Of a stretch of 64,000 nucleotides of DNA, positions 1-8,916 are shown one piece after another (position 1 is the first letter of the stretch; each line of letters starts with the position of its first letter). Both the position numbers and the translations under genes were made by a program. Below the pieces are notes generated by a model. It was not told the DNA's origin. It was given only the letters and a program-made list of their open reading frames with translations, and made no database searches. The DNA comes from Anaerolineae bacterium (lineage in GTDB: Bacteria; Chloroflexota; Anaerolineae; 4572-78; NAK82): assembly GCA_034436775.1 (NCBI GenBank), contig DAOTVI010000044.1:14058-78057 (forward strand). Reading direction: 5' to 3'.

Positions 1-1
1 G

Positions 2-595
2 GCCCTCGTCCAGCTGGCGGCCGAACACGGCGCGGCCTCGGTCAAGTTCAATCCGGTGACGAGCGTCGGGCGCGGTATCGCGATGCACCGGAACGGCGAG
101 ACGCTCGATTTCGACGAGATGTTGGCGCTGGCAGCGCGGTTGCGCACCTTGCGCAAGCAGGTAGCACTGCGCCTCATCCTGCACCTTCCCCTGGCGTTGC
201 AGCCGATTGAGGACTTGTTGGATTCTGATGCCGAGGTGGGGGACTGCGGCGTGCTGGGTATCTTGGGCATCCTGGGCAGCGGCGAAATTGCCCTGTGTGG
301 CATCGGTCGCACTGTCCCCGAATTGGTCTACGGTCATCTGGGGCAGTCCAGCATCCGTGACATCTGGCTGCATCATCCGCGCATCCTGGAATTGCGCCGC
401 CTGGTGCAGGATACCGCGGGCTATCCAGGGGTATGTGCCGCATGCCTGCTGGCGCGTCGCTGTCGCACCGGCTGTGTCGCCGACAATTATGCCAACTTTG
501 GTCGCCTGATCTGGCCCGATCCCCTGTGCGCGGAAGCGGAGCGGCGGGGCCTCTTTCCACCCAGCCGTCTGAAGACGGACAGACGTGGCCGTTGA
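2..595 (+). CDS. Radical SAM/SPASM-domain peptide maturase, C-terminal part (5' end lies outside the window)
   Basis: The frame is open from the window edge, so the listed ORF 56..595 is only the first in-frame Met. The tail is a Cys-rich SPASM type: DCGVLGILGILGSGEIALCG, GVCAACLLARRCRTGCVADNY, PLCAEAERRGLFP. It overlaps the next gene by 11 nt. Confidence 0.75.
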   Translation, partial: ALVQLAAEHGAASVKFNPVTSVGRGIAMHRNGETLDFDEMLALAARLRTLRKQVALRLILHLPLALQPIEDLLDSDAEVGDCGVLGILGILGSGEIALCGIGRTVPELVYGHLGQSSIRDIWLHHPRILELRRLVQDTAGYPGVCAACLLARRCRTGCVADNYANFGRLIWPDPLCAEAERRGLFPPSRLKTDRRGR

Positions 596-2111
596 TTCTT
601 CCTTCCCATATTCAAGCTATCTGCTCAGACTGGCCGACGGCACGCGCTACGCCATCCGCGCCGGCGATAGGCCAGCGGAGCGCGTCGTGCAAGCGTTTGC
701 TGCAGCGGCGCAGCTGACCCCGCCGGAACACACCGCGGCGGAGCGTGTGGTGCTGGCGATCACTTGCGCGGAGATGGCGCCACCCCATCCCATTCGCTAT
801 GCCGCGGATTCTCTGATGGTGTGTTCCCTGCCCTCCCCGACGGATGCAGATCAGCTCGCCACGGCGATGACCCTGCTGACGGAAGCCATCGCGCGTGATG
901 TGCAGAAGCGCGGCGGCGTGTTGCTCCACGGTGCGTTGGCTGCCTGGCCGCTGGGCGGGACACCGCGCGGAGTGGTGTTTGTCGCGCCGGGCGGTTTGGG
1001 CAAGAGCACGGCCAGCCGCCGTCTGCCGCCGCCCTGGCGCGCGCTGTGCGACGACACAACACTGGTGGTGCAGGATAGCGCGGGTCACTACTACGCCCAC
1101 CCCACGCCTACATGGAGCCGATTTTACAGCTTCAGCGGCGCCGTCGGCGGCACGTGGGATATGCAAACCGCCGTGCCACTGCACACCATCTTCTTCCTCT
1201 CGCAGGCAACCGACGATGACGTGGAACCTCTGGAAAGCCCCAGCTGCACCGTTGCCCTGCTGGCCGAGTCGGCCGAGCAAGCCGGGCGCTTGCTGGCGCG
1301 TTTTCTGCTGCCCGACGAGGAACAGCGGTTGAATCGCGAACGGTTGGCCAATGTTGAAGCACTTGCTCAGCGCGTCCCTGCATGGCGGTTGCACATCAGC
1401 CTCAATGGCGCCTTCTGGGAGCATGTCGAACGTGTGCTGATCGAACTTGGCCGCGCTCAAGCGGTCGCACCCCGTGCGACGAGATCCACCGCACTTCGCC
1501 CGCGTGGTGCTGCGCGCGAGGATGCGTTCTTCATCGTATACACAGGTGCAAGTATGAACCCCACCCTGGCCGAACCGGACGTGTTGGAAGTGCTGCCCTA
1601 TCACGGGCGTATGCCGCGCCGCGGTGATATCATCTACTTCGTGCCGCCGGACACAGAACGCGGCATCGTGCACCGCGTCACCGCTGTGACGCCACAGGGT
1701 CTCCGCACACGTGGAGACAACAATCCGAGCGATGATGCGGATCTGGTGCAGCTGCCTTACGTGGTGGGGCAGGTGGTGGCCGCGCACCGTGGTGCGCGGC
1801 GGCGCGTCATTCCCGGCGGCCGGTGGGGCGAACTGCATCGCATTCTGGCGGGCCTCCACAACGCATCTTGGCGCCTGGGCACGCGTCTCCTGCACGCTCC
1901 GTATCATAGCATTGCTCGGGCGGTGGCGGGTCACTTATCCGCGCGGCTGCCGCTGCGGGTGGTGCGCTTCGCAGCTCGCTGCCAAACCTATGACAAGCTA
2001 TTCCTGGGCCGGCGCCTGATCGGCCAGTATGACAGACGCGCGCAACGCTGGATTGTCCGCTTTCCGTATCGTCTTCTGGTGGATGAGACAGTCCTGCCAC
2101 GCGAGCTGTGA
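585..2111 (+). CDS. Fusion protein: HPr-kinase-like P-loop domain plus SipW/archaeal-type (S26B-like) signal-peptidase domain
   Basis: The N-terminal half has LHGALAAW..GVVFVAPGGLGKSTASRRL, the HprK C-domain pattern hG...G..G.GKS (P-loop at nt 987-1007). The C-terminal half has GASMNPTL (Ser codon 1551-1553), RGDIIYF, IVHRV (His codon 1671-1673) and TRGDNNPSDD, matching the S26 boxes with His in place of the usual Lys. No N-terminal TM segment is visible. Confidence 0.7.
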   Translation: MAVDSSFPYSSYLLRLADGTRYAIRAGDRPAERVVQAFAAAAQLTPPEHTAAERVVLAITCAEMAPPHPIRYAADSLMVCSLPSPTDADQLATAMTLLTEAIARDVQKRGGVLLHGALAAWPLGGTPRGVVFVAPGGLGKSTASRRLPPPWRALCDDTTLVVQDSAGHYYAHPTPTWSRFYSFSGAVGGTWDMQTAVPLHTIFFLSQATDDDVEPLESPSCTVALLAESAEQAGRLLARFLLPDEEQRLNRERLANVEALAQRVPAWRLHISLNGAFWEHVERVLIELGRAQAVAPRATRSTALRPRGAAREDAFFIVYTGASMNPTLAEPDVLEVLPYHGRMPRRGDIIYFVPPDTERGIVHRVTAVTPQGLRTRGDNNPSDDADLVQLPYVVGQVVAAHRGARRRVIPGGRWGELHRILAGLHNASWRLGTRLLHAPYHSIARAVAGHLSARLPLRVVRFAARCQTYDKLFLGRRLIGQYDRRAQRWIVRFPYRLLVDETVLPREL

Positions 2112-2144
2112 TGTCATTGGGAGCGGCACGGTTCCACCATGCCA

Positions 2145-2807
2145 TCATCCCTCCTGCCAGATCAGCCGCGTGCGCTCGATGCGTGACAGTGCCTCCCCCA
2201 GCCCCAACGCTTCCAGCACCGTCTCCGGGCGCACCGAGCCCCGTGGACTGTGGCTGAGGCGCATCCATAGCACTGCTTCGCCATCCGCGCAACGTTCCAG
2301 GCGCAGGTCATCCACCAGGGGGCGCAGATCGATCGTCTCGCGACGGCGCTGGCGCGTGCGCTCTTGGGTGAAATGGGCGGCGCTCAGGAATCCGGTGATG
2401 CGCCGCGCGATCTCTTCGCATGGCAGCGATGTGGAGATTTGCACGCAGTACTCCGCCTGGCACAATTGGGTCTGCAACGCGGGCGCCTGTAGCGGCACGG
2501 GATGCACTGCGATGATGCGCAAGCCCACCGGCGCCACTGCCTGCAGGCGAGACACCAGCTCCTCCGCTTCGATCGCTTCCTCCAGGATGACATCCATCAC
2601 CTCGGCGCTGCCGACATGGCCCAGCGGCAAAGCGGATGCCAGCTGGATGCGCGGCTGCGGGTTGAAGCCTTGGCTGTACACCACGCGGATACCGGCTCGG
2701 CGGAAGACGCGCTCCCAGGTGCGATGCAGATCGAGATGGGAGATGTAACGCAAGGGCTTTTCCTTGGCGAAGGTGATGCGCCAGCGCTGTCGAACCGGCA
2801 CGTCCAT
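2145..2807 (-). CDS. DUF2344 / radical-SAM-linked protein (TIGR03936-like)
   Basis: RWRITFAKEKPLRYISHLDLHRTWERVFRRAGIRVVYSQGFNPQPRIQLASALPLG is the characteristic family signature. Confidence 0.85.
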   Translation of the reverse strand: MDVPVRQRWRITFAKEKPLRYISHLDLHRTWERVFRRAGIRVVYSQGFNPQPRIQLASALPLGHVGSAEVMDVILEEAIEAEELVSRLQAVAPVGLRIIAVHPVPLQAPALQTQLCQAEYCVQISTSLPCEEIARRITGFLSAAHFTQERTRQRRRETIDLRPLVDDLRLERCADGEAVLWMRLSHSPRGSVRPETVLEALGLGEALSRIERTRLIWQEG

Positions 2808-2833
2808 ATCTTATCGGATGTAAAGCGCGCGGG

Positions 2834-3094
2834 TCACCACGGCTCTTCGGATGGTTCAGGCGGCTCGAAGGGGGTCAGACCAGGCTCCTCGCCCGACACG
2901 GCATTGGGTGCCAGCTGGCGCACGCGCAGTTCGGCGGCCTCCAGCTGGGCGTTGCAATAGCGCACTAGCTCCATACCCCGCTCGAACAGTTGCAGGGCGC
3001 GCTCGAGCTCCAGATTGCCGCTTTCCATTTCTTGCACCAGCTGTTCCAGCTCGGCCAGTGCCTGCTCAAAAGTGAGATGCTCCTCTTCGCTCAT
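2834..3094 (-). CDS. xseB: Exodeoxyribonuclease VII small subunit
   Basis: 86 aa with FEQALAELEQLVQEMESGNLELERALQLFERGMEL, and it lies directly downstream of xseA. Confidence 0.9.
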   Translation of the reverse strand: MSEEEHLTFEQALAELEQLVQEMESGNLELERALQLFERGMELVRYCNAQLEAAELRVRQLAPNAVSGEEPGLTPFEPPEPSEEPW

Positions 3095-3141
3095 GGGTTA
3101 TTGCCTTTCATCATCACGTCGCTCAAGCGAAGTTCTCAGTT

Positions 3142-4377
3142 TCAATCCACCGTGCTCATAAATGTGCCGTCGGACACCTGCACGCTCAGGCGGTCGCCCG
3201 ACGCAATCTGTGCCACCCGCATCACTACGCGGCGGTCGTCCTGGCGGCGCACGATGGCATAGCCACGTGCTAGGGTCGCTGCCGGATTCAGCACTTCCAG
3301 GCGGTGGCGCAGCCCGCTCAGCCGCTCGCGGCGCAATGCCATGGCATAGCGCATCGTGCGCACGATGGTCAGTGCCAGCTCGTCCACGTGTTGGCGCTGG
3401 CGTTGCAGCTGGGTGCGCGGGGAGAGCTGGCGCAGCGCGCGCCTTTCCGCTTCGAGCCTGCGGCGCAGGCGGATGATGAGGTTGAAACAGGCGGTTGCGA
3501 GCGCACGTCGCAGCACGGCCAGGCGGCGTTGCAATTCGGCACGATCCGGCGTCACCAGCTCGGCGGCCGCCGAAGGGGTCGGAGCACGCACGTCGGCGAC
3601 GAAGTCGGCGATGGTGAAATCGGTCTCATGTCCCACACCACACACCACCGGCAGCGGCGAGGCAGCGATGGCGCGTGCCACGCGCTCATCGTTGAAGGCC
3701 CACAAGTCCTCGATGGAACCCCCACCACGTGCCAGGATGATCACATCCACCCCAGGCACCCGCGCGATAGCCTCCAAAGCGCGTGCGATCTGCGGCGGGG
3801 CTTCTTCGCCTTGCACCAGCGTGGGCGCCAGGATCACCTCGGCCAGCGGATAGCGCCGTCGCAGCACGTTGAGGATGTCGCGCAGCACCGCGCCGCTGGG
3901 TGAGGTGACCACACCGATGCGCCGCGGAAAGCGCGGCAGAGGGCGGCGCGGGCGCGCGAAAAGGCCCTCTGCCGCCAGCCGACGCTTCAGCTCCTCGAAG
4001 CGTGCATACCAGCTGCCCAATCCCAGCGGTTGGAGTTCGTCCACATAGAGCTGGTAAACGCCCTGGGGGTCATACACGGAGACATAACCGTGCGCCAACA
4101 CGGTCTCGCCGTCGCCGGATGGCAGATAGCTGACCCGGTGGGCATTGGAGCGCCACAACACACAGCGCAGCGCCGCTTCTTCGTCCTTGAGGGTGAAGTA
4201 GATATGGCCGGCAGGGGATTGCCTCCAATTGGAGACCTCGCCCATTAGCCACAGATCTTGCAGCACCCGATCCGCCTCCAACCAGGCTCGGATGCGTTGC
4301 GTGACCTCGCTTACTGTGAAGATGCGCGGCAGGCCTCCCTCGTCTTGGGTGGGGAACAGAGCGAGTTGCTCGCTCAT
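3142..4377 (-). CDS. xseA: Exodeoxyribonuclease VII large subunit
   Basis: 411 aa with an OB-fold N-terminus (VSEVTQRIRAWLE..LWLMGEVSNW..GHIYFTLKD), the catalytic core (VVTSPSGAVLRDI..IILARGGGSIEDLWAFNDE) and a coiled-coil tail. Confidence 0.93.
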   Translation of the reverse strand: MSEQLALFPTQDEGGLPRIFTVSEVTQRIRAWLEADRVLQDLWLMGEVSNWRQSPAGHIYFTLKDEEAALRCVLWRSNAHRVSYLPSGDGETVLAHGYVSVYDPQGVYQLYVDELQPLGLGSWYARFEELKRRLAAEGLFARPRRPLPRFPRRIGVVTSPSGAVLRDILNVLRRRYPLAEVILAPTLVQGEEAPPQIARALEAIARVPGVDVIILARGGGSIEDLWAFNDERVARAIAASPLPVVCGVGHETDFTIADFVADVRAPTPSAAAELVTPDRAELQRRLAVLRRALATACFNLIIRLRRRLEAERRALRQLSPRTQLQRQRQHVDELALTIVRTMRYAMALRRERLSGLRHRLEVLNPAATLARGYAIVRRQDDRRVVMRVAQIASGDRLSVQVSDGTFMSTVD

Positions 4378-7097
4378 AGGCGCTCCATCTCAAAGTGCCC
4401 GCGCGCCTGCGGATCGGCCTCCAGATGGCTCAGGAGCTCCTCCGCCGCAGCGCGCGGCATCGGGGATGACACCAGGCGCACCGCGGCATCTGCCGATTGG
4501 GTATCCGCCGGGGAGCCAACCGGCGCCGTGCGCACAAAGGTAAGCAAGGTGTACTGGCCGTCCACCGGCAACTTGAAAGTCTGATCCAGGAACTGAATAG
4601 TGTATACACCGCGGTAGAGCGCCGGGACACGAAAACCGCCCACACCCAGGCTGGGCCAGCTGCCGCTGACCACACGGATCGGCTGGCCGGCCGGCGGGGT
4701 GATGGTGAGGGTAATGCCCGCTTCCGGCAGTGTGCCGGCGATGAGTGCCATGCCGGGCGCACGCGTCACCTTCATCATCCACTGAGCGGTGGGCTGCGGC
4801 GGTTCGGGTGGTGCCGCCGGCAGTGTCAGTGCGACGGTGGTGGTGCTGCGCCCGTCGTTCTGCACCGTCTGGGTCACGCCGGCATCGGGCACGCTCAGCG
4901 TGTAGCTGCCGGCGGCCAGTGCGTCGAACTGGAAGCTGCCATCTGCGCCGGTGATCGTGGTGCGCGACACACCACCATCGCGCAGGGTCACCTGGCGTCC
5001 CGCCACGGGCGTCCCCTTCTGGTCGCGCAGCTGGCCGCGGATGATCCCCTTATTGGCGGGTGCGCTGCTCGTCTCGGTGAAGGTGACCAGGGTGAATCCG
5101 CCTTCCAACGTCAGCTCGAATGTCTGATCGAGGAAGCGGATGGTATAAAGTCCGCGGTTGGGTGCCCAGAACTCAAAGCCGCCCGGGCCATATTGAGGTT
5201 TGCTGCCGCTCGTGCGCTTGAACGTAAGGCCGATGGGCGACTTCAGCGTCACCTCGATGCCGGGGCGCGGCAACGAACCGGCCAGGATGGGCAGGCCGAA
5301 CTTGCGCTCGACGTGCATCTCCCAGCGCGACGCAGCAGGCGCGGGTAGTTGCAAATCCAGCGTCATGCGTTGCCCTTTGGCCAGCTGCAATCCGCTGCGG
5401 CGCACGTCGTACCCCACCACGACGAGCTCATAGGTGCCGGGGGGCAACTGGGTGAAGCGATAGCTGCCGTCCGGACCAGTGACCGCCTCTCCGCCCCAAT
5501 TATCTCGGGACAGGCGCACCCGCACGTTGGCCACCGGCTGACCTTGTGCGTCGGTCACCTTGCCATAGATCTCTCCGCCCTCGGTCACCGGCTGTGGTGT
5601 CGGAGGTGTCTCCGGCTCGGAGGAAAGGCGAATCCCCGTATAGTAGTGCTTGAGAATGGCCTCATAGTTATCCCCACGCATGGCCATGTCGTGTGCGCCC
5701 CACTGGCACATGCCCACGCCGTGCCCTTTCTTGGGGCCAGGATTGATGCATGGCACCGGGCGCAAATAAGGCAACGGCGGGCCACCCCATACCGTCTCAT
5801 TACCCAACGTGTGTCCACCACAGTTGGCGCAGTAATATGCCGTCGCCAGTTGGTTGTTGTACAAAATCACCTGACCGCGCGTCTGGCGCACGGCGAGATC
5901 GCAATTGGAGTTGATGCGCGCTTCGTTGTACGCCTGGCAATGCGTTGTGGTGCAGACGTCCGCTTCGGGGTGGTGACGGGGGCGGGCGATCGCTGCCATA
6001 GCATAGCTGCGGGCAGCCACCGCCTGTGCCTTGAGCGCCTCAAGTGGCCAGGTGTGGGGCATCTCGGCGGCGACGACGCCGCGCAAATATTCCTCCAGTT
6101 CCATCACGCGCACCGTCTTATCCGGCATCAGCACGCGAATCGCCTTGCCGGGTGGCGAGGGCTGCAGCGGTGCGATCTCGACGTCGGGCATCGCGGCCAG
6201 GCGTGCCACGTGATTATCCAGATTGCGACAACGGTCCACCCACGAATTGGGCAGATTGCCTGGGCTGCGCGTCGGATCCTGCCAGAGGAAAAAGGTCAGT
6301 GCGATGACGCGTGGGTCGGCCAGGGTCTGTCGTGCATAGTAGATCACCTGCTCGGTGAAGTCATGATCCGAAGCGCCGAAATTGCCTGCCTCGTCAATGA
6401 TCACCTTGGCTTGGATGCCGTAGCGCTGCTCGAACAGCTTCAGCACGCGCCGCCAACGGAAGGCATACCAGCTGGATAGGCGCGGGTCATATAGCCAATC
6501 ACGCACGCTGCCGCCCGCGTGTCCCCAATAGGCGTGGAAGGTGAGGATGTTGTTGAAATGGCTGCGCACTGTGTCGGCCAGGTAGTCATAGCCCGCCCAG
6601 CCCTCGGTGGGATTGCCGTAGTCATCCGGCGCGCCGTCCTCGTGGTGTCCGAAGGCAAAAGGAGGTGTGACCAGTTTCATCTGGGGATATTTCTGCTTGA
6701 TCCTATCCGCCACGATGCGCACCCAATCGGCATAGCGCCTATAGAACTCGGGCGTTTCATAGCGCGGCTGGTTGCCCGGATTGGGGTCGCCGTTCTCGTA
6801 ATGCAGGTTCATCTCGTTGCAGAAATAGACATACGCATCCAGATCGCGGATTTCGGGCCATTTGCTGATCACCATGTCACTGAGCCGTCGTGCCGACGCG
6901 CCGATATCCTCCTGCCAGTTGTGGGGGTGTTGAAAGCGCACAATGACCACCGCTTCGGGATGCTGTTGCTTGTAAGGTAACACGCGGTTGGGGCCGAGGT
7001 AGTCGAAGAACGCAGTCAACGCGCCGGGGCGCCAGCTCAACATCTTGGCGGGATCGGACGGGCTGCCGTTCGCCACCCATATGCCTGGACGACGCAT
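4374..7097 (-). CDS. Multidomain cell-wall enzyme: clan GH-A-like glycosidase domain, SpoIID/LytB domain and two (CarboxypepD_reg-like plus unknown ~85-aa) modules
   Basis: The N-terminus has NEMNL and IIDEAGN motifs, which resemble the acid/base and nucleophile of a TIM-barrel GH. The SpoIID motifs are AQAVAARSYA, CTTTHCQAY and YYCANCGGHT. The repeats are GKVTDAQGQPVANVRV..GPDGSYRF and GQLRDQKGTPVAGRQV..GADGSFQF. No signal peptide is seen. It overlaps the xseA start by 4 nt. Confidence 0.8.
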   Translation of the reverse strand: MRRPGIWVANGSPSDPAKMLSWRPGALTAFFDYLGPNRVLPYKQQHPEAVVIVRFQHPHNWQEDIGASARRLSDMVISKWPEIRDLDAYVYFCNEMNLHYENGDPNPGNQPRYETPEFYRRYADWVRIVADRIKQKYPQMKLVTPPFAFGHHEDGAPDDYGNPTEGWAGYDYLADTVRSHFNNILTFHAYWGHAGGSVRDWLYDPRLSSWYAFRWRRVLKLFEQRYGIQAKVIIDEAGNFGASDHDFTEQVIYYARQTLADPRVIALTFFLWQDPTRSPGNLPNSWVDRCRNLDNHVARLAAMPDVEIAPLQPSPPGKAIRVLMPDKTVRVMELEEYLRGVVAAEMPHTWPLEALKAQAVAARSYAMAAIARPRHHPEADVCTTTHCQAYNEARINSNCDLAVRQTRGQVILYNNQLATAYYCANCGGHTLGNETVWGGPPLPYLRPVPCINPGPKKGHGVGMCQWGAHDMAMRGDNYEAILKHYYTGIRLSSEPETPPTPQPVTEGGEIYGKVTDAQGQPVANVRVRLSRDNWGGEAVTGPDGSYRFTQLPPGTYELVVVGYDVRRSGLQLAKGQRMTLDLQLPAPAASRWEMHVERKFGLPILAGSLPRPGIEVTLKSPIGLTFKRTSGSKPQYGPGGFEFWAPNRGLYTIRFLDQTFELTLEGGFTLVTFTETSSAPANKGIIRGQLRDQKGTPVAGRQVTLRDGGVSRTTITGADGSFQFDALAAGSYTLSVPDAGVTQTVQNDGRSTTTVALTLPAAPPEPPQPTAQWMMKVTRAPGMALIAGTLPEAGITLTITPPAGQPIRVVSGSWPSLGVGGFRVPALYRGVYTIQFLDQTFKLPVDGQYTLLTFVRTAPVGSPADTQSADAAVRLVSSPMPRAAAEELLSHLEADPQARGHFEMERL

Positions 7098-7235
7098 ATG
7101 CTTCCCCTCCTCAAGAGAGAACCGTCAACCTGCGCGCATCGCTTTTCTGATATCATTATGTCATAAACTTGACAGAAATACAAGGGGTGGGCTGCGTCAG
7201 GGTGCATTTCATTTTGGGGAGAGACGGAGAGCACG

Positions 7236-7264
7236 GTAGGGGCGACCCGGCGGGTCGCCCCTAC
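7236..7264. repeat. GC-rich perfect palindrome (REP-like hairpin)
   Basis: gtaggggcgacccggcgggtcgcccctac is self-complementary. Confidence 0.8.
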
Positions 7265-7294
7265 GGAGGATCCCGCGCGGCATGACAACACACC

Positions 7295-7322
7295 GTAGGG
7301 GCGCACGGCCGTGCGCCCCTAC
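7295..7322. repeat. GC-rich perfect palindrome (REP-like hairpin)
   Basis: gtaggggcgcacggccgtgcgcccctac. The core ggggcgcacggccgtgcgcccc is identical to the one at 54228-54259. Confidence 0.85.
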
Positions 7323-7488
7323 TCTACGCCACACCGTGGGCGCGACGCCCGCGATCCCAAGGGTATCTTGGTGCTCTGCGGTGAAAAGGGTGGTTGCCCG
7401 GCAAACCCGCATCTTCCCCGTGGACGGGGGGCTACTTCAACTTGCCCCCAATTGAAATGCGCCTGCTGCGTCACGGGTGCTTGTCCCG

Positions 7489-8910
7489 TCAGGACATAGA
7501 AGAAGCTTTAGCCTCCGGCAGCCACAGGGTGAACGTAGAGCCCTGTCCCACCTGGCTCTCCACCTCGAGGCGGCCGCCGTGGGCTTCGGCGATCCAACGC
7601 GCGATGGCCAATCCCAATCCGACCCCCTTACGTCCCTGACGCGGCATGCGGAAGAAACGTTCAAAGATGTGGGGCAGCGCCTCCGGCGGGATGCCCACGC
7701 CGGTATCCTGTACACTCACGCGTACCCAACCCTCCTCGCGGTAGAGCGACAGGGTGATTGTCCCGCCGCGCGGCGTGTACTTGATGGCGTTATCCACCAG
7801 ATTGAGCAACAGCTGGCGCAGCCGGTCGGGATCGCCCAGCACCAGTGCCTGATCCTCGTGGCCCAAGCGCACTGTCACCCGTTCCACAGCCCCCGCGCTC
7901 ACCGCAGCCATCGCCTGTGCCTGGCGATATACCTCCAACAGGAGCGTGTCCATCTCAACCGGTTGTTTTTCCAACTGCAAGCCTGCATCCGCCTGGGCCA
8001 GCAACAACAGGTCGGCGACCAGACGGCTCATCCGATTCACCTCTGCCTCGATGGCGTCCAGGGCGATCTCCCGTTCCTGCGGATCGTCCGCAGCGCCACG
8101 GCGTAGCAGTGCCACATTGCCGCGGATAGTGGTCAGCGGCGTGCGCAGTTCGTGGGAGACGTCCGCCCCCAGGCGCTGTTGGGCGTCGATCACACGCGCC
8201 AGTCGGTCCAACAGGGCGTTGAACGTGCTTACCAGCCGGTAGGTCTCATCGCGCGCACGGGGGAGCGGCAGACGCTGGCGCAGGTCGGGGGTATCGGCGA
8301 TCTGGAGCGCGGCTTGGGTGATGTGATCCACCGGACGCAACGCCAACGATGCCAGCCACCAGCCGGCCAAGCTCAGAGCCAACAACACCAGAATCCCACC
8401 TACCGCCAGCGTCGTCCAGGTGCGTTGGAGTGTCTGTTCGATGTCCAGCAGCGGATAGCCTGCTTGCACGGCACCGACCAATCGCCCAGAATCCATCAGG
8501 GGAAGGCTGTAAAGGCGTAAGAGTGTGCCCTCTTCCGTGGTGACCGTCTTATAAGCAGCGCGCCCTTGCACGTTGATCGCCACCAGATCCATGTCGAGGG
8601 GCAAGCGCCGGCCGATCAGGTTCGGGGAACGCGCCGCGACGCTCTCGTTGCCGCGCACCACCTGAAGATAGATCGGGGGTGCACCGGGTGGCACGGCAGG
8701 CAACTGGATGCGGCCCTCTTCTACCGACTGCCGGAAGTCAGTGCGTTGGAGCAATGCGTCGCGCACCTCCCTGGCGTGCTCCGCCAGCTGACGATCCACC
8801 TGGCGGAGCAGCTGGGCGCGCAACAACGCCAAGCTGAGCAGCAAGTAGAGCGCCAGGATGCCTGCCGTCACGATGGTGTACCAGACGGCCAGCCGTGTGC
8901 GAAGGGCCAT
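7489..8910 (-). CDS. Sensor histidine kinase (TM-HAMP-HisKA-HATPase_c)
   Basis: It has the H-box SHELRTPLTTIRGNVALL, the N/G boxes LLLNLVDNAIKYTP, DTGVGIPPEALPHIFERFFR and GVGLGLAIARWI, and two N-terminal TM segments. Confidence 0.92.
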   Translation of the reverse strand: MALRTRLAVWYTIVTAGILALYLLLSLALLRAQLLRQVDRQLAEHAREVRDALLQRTDFRQSVEEGRIQLPAVPPGAPPIYLQVVRGNESVAARSPNLIGRRLPLDMDLVAINVQGRAAYKTVTTEEGTLLRLYSLPLMDSGRLVGAVQAGYPLLDIEQTLQRTWTTLAVGGILVLLALSLAGWWLASLALRPVDHITQAALQIADTPDLRQRLPLPRARDETYRLVSTFNALLDRLARVIDAQQRLGADVSHELRTPLTTIRGNVALLRRGAADDPQEREIALDAIEAEVNRMSRLVADLLLLAQADAGLQLEKQPVEMDTLLLEVYRQAQAMAAVSAGAVERVTVRLGHEDQALVLGDPDRLRQLLLNLVDNAIKYTPRGGTITLSLYREEGWVRVSVQDTGVGIPPEALPHIFERFFRMPRQGRKGVGLGLAIARWIAEAHGGRLEVESQVGQGSTFTLWLPEAKASSMS

Positions 8911-8916
8911 GTGCGC

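Larger units (their letters stand above)
7201..7463. repeat. Dispersed MITE-like element, copy A (imperfect terminal inverted repeats, nested palindromes)
   Basis: The left end ggtgcatttcattttgggg (7201-7219) matches the reverse complement of the right end cccccaattgaaatgcgcc (7445-7463). It is homologous along its length to 54115-54428. Confidence 0.7.
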
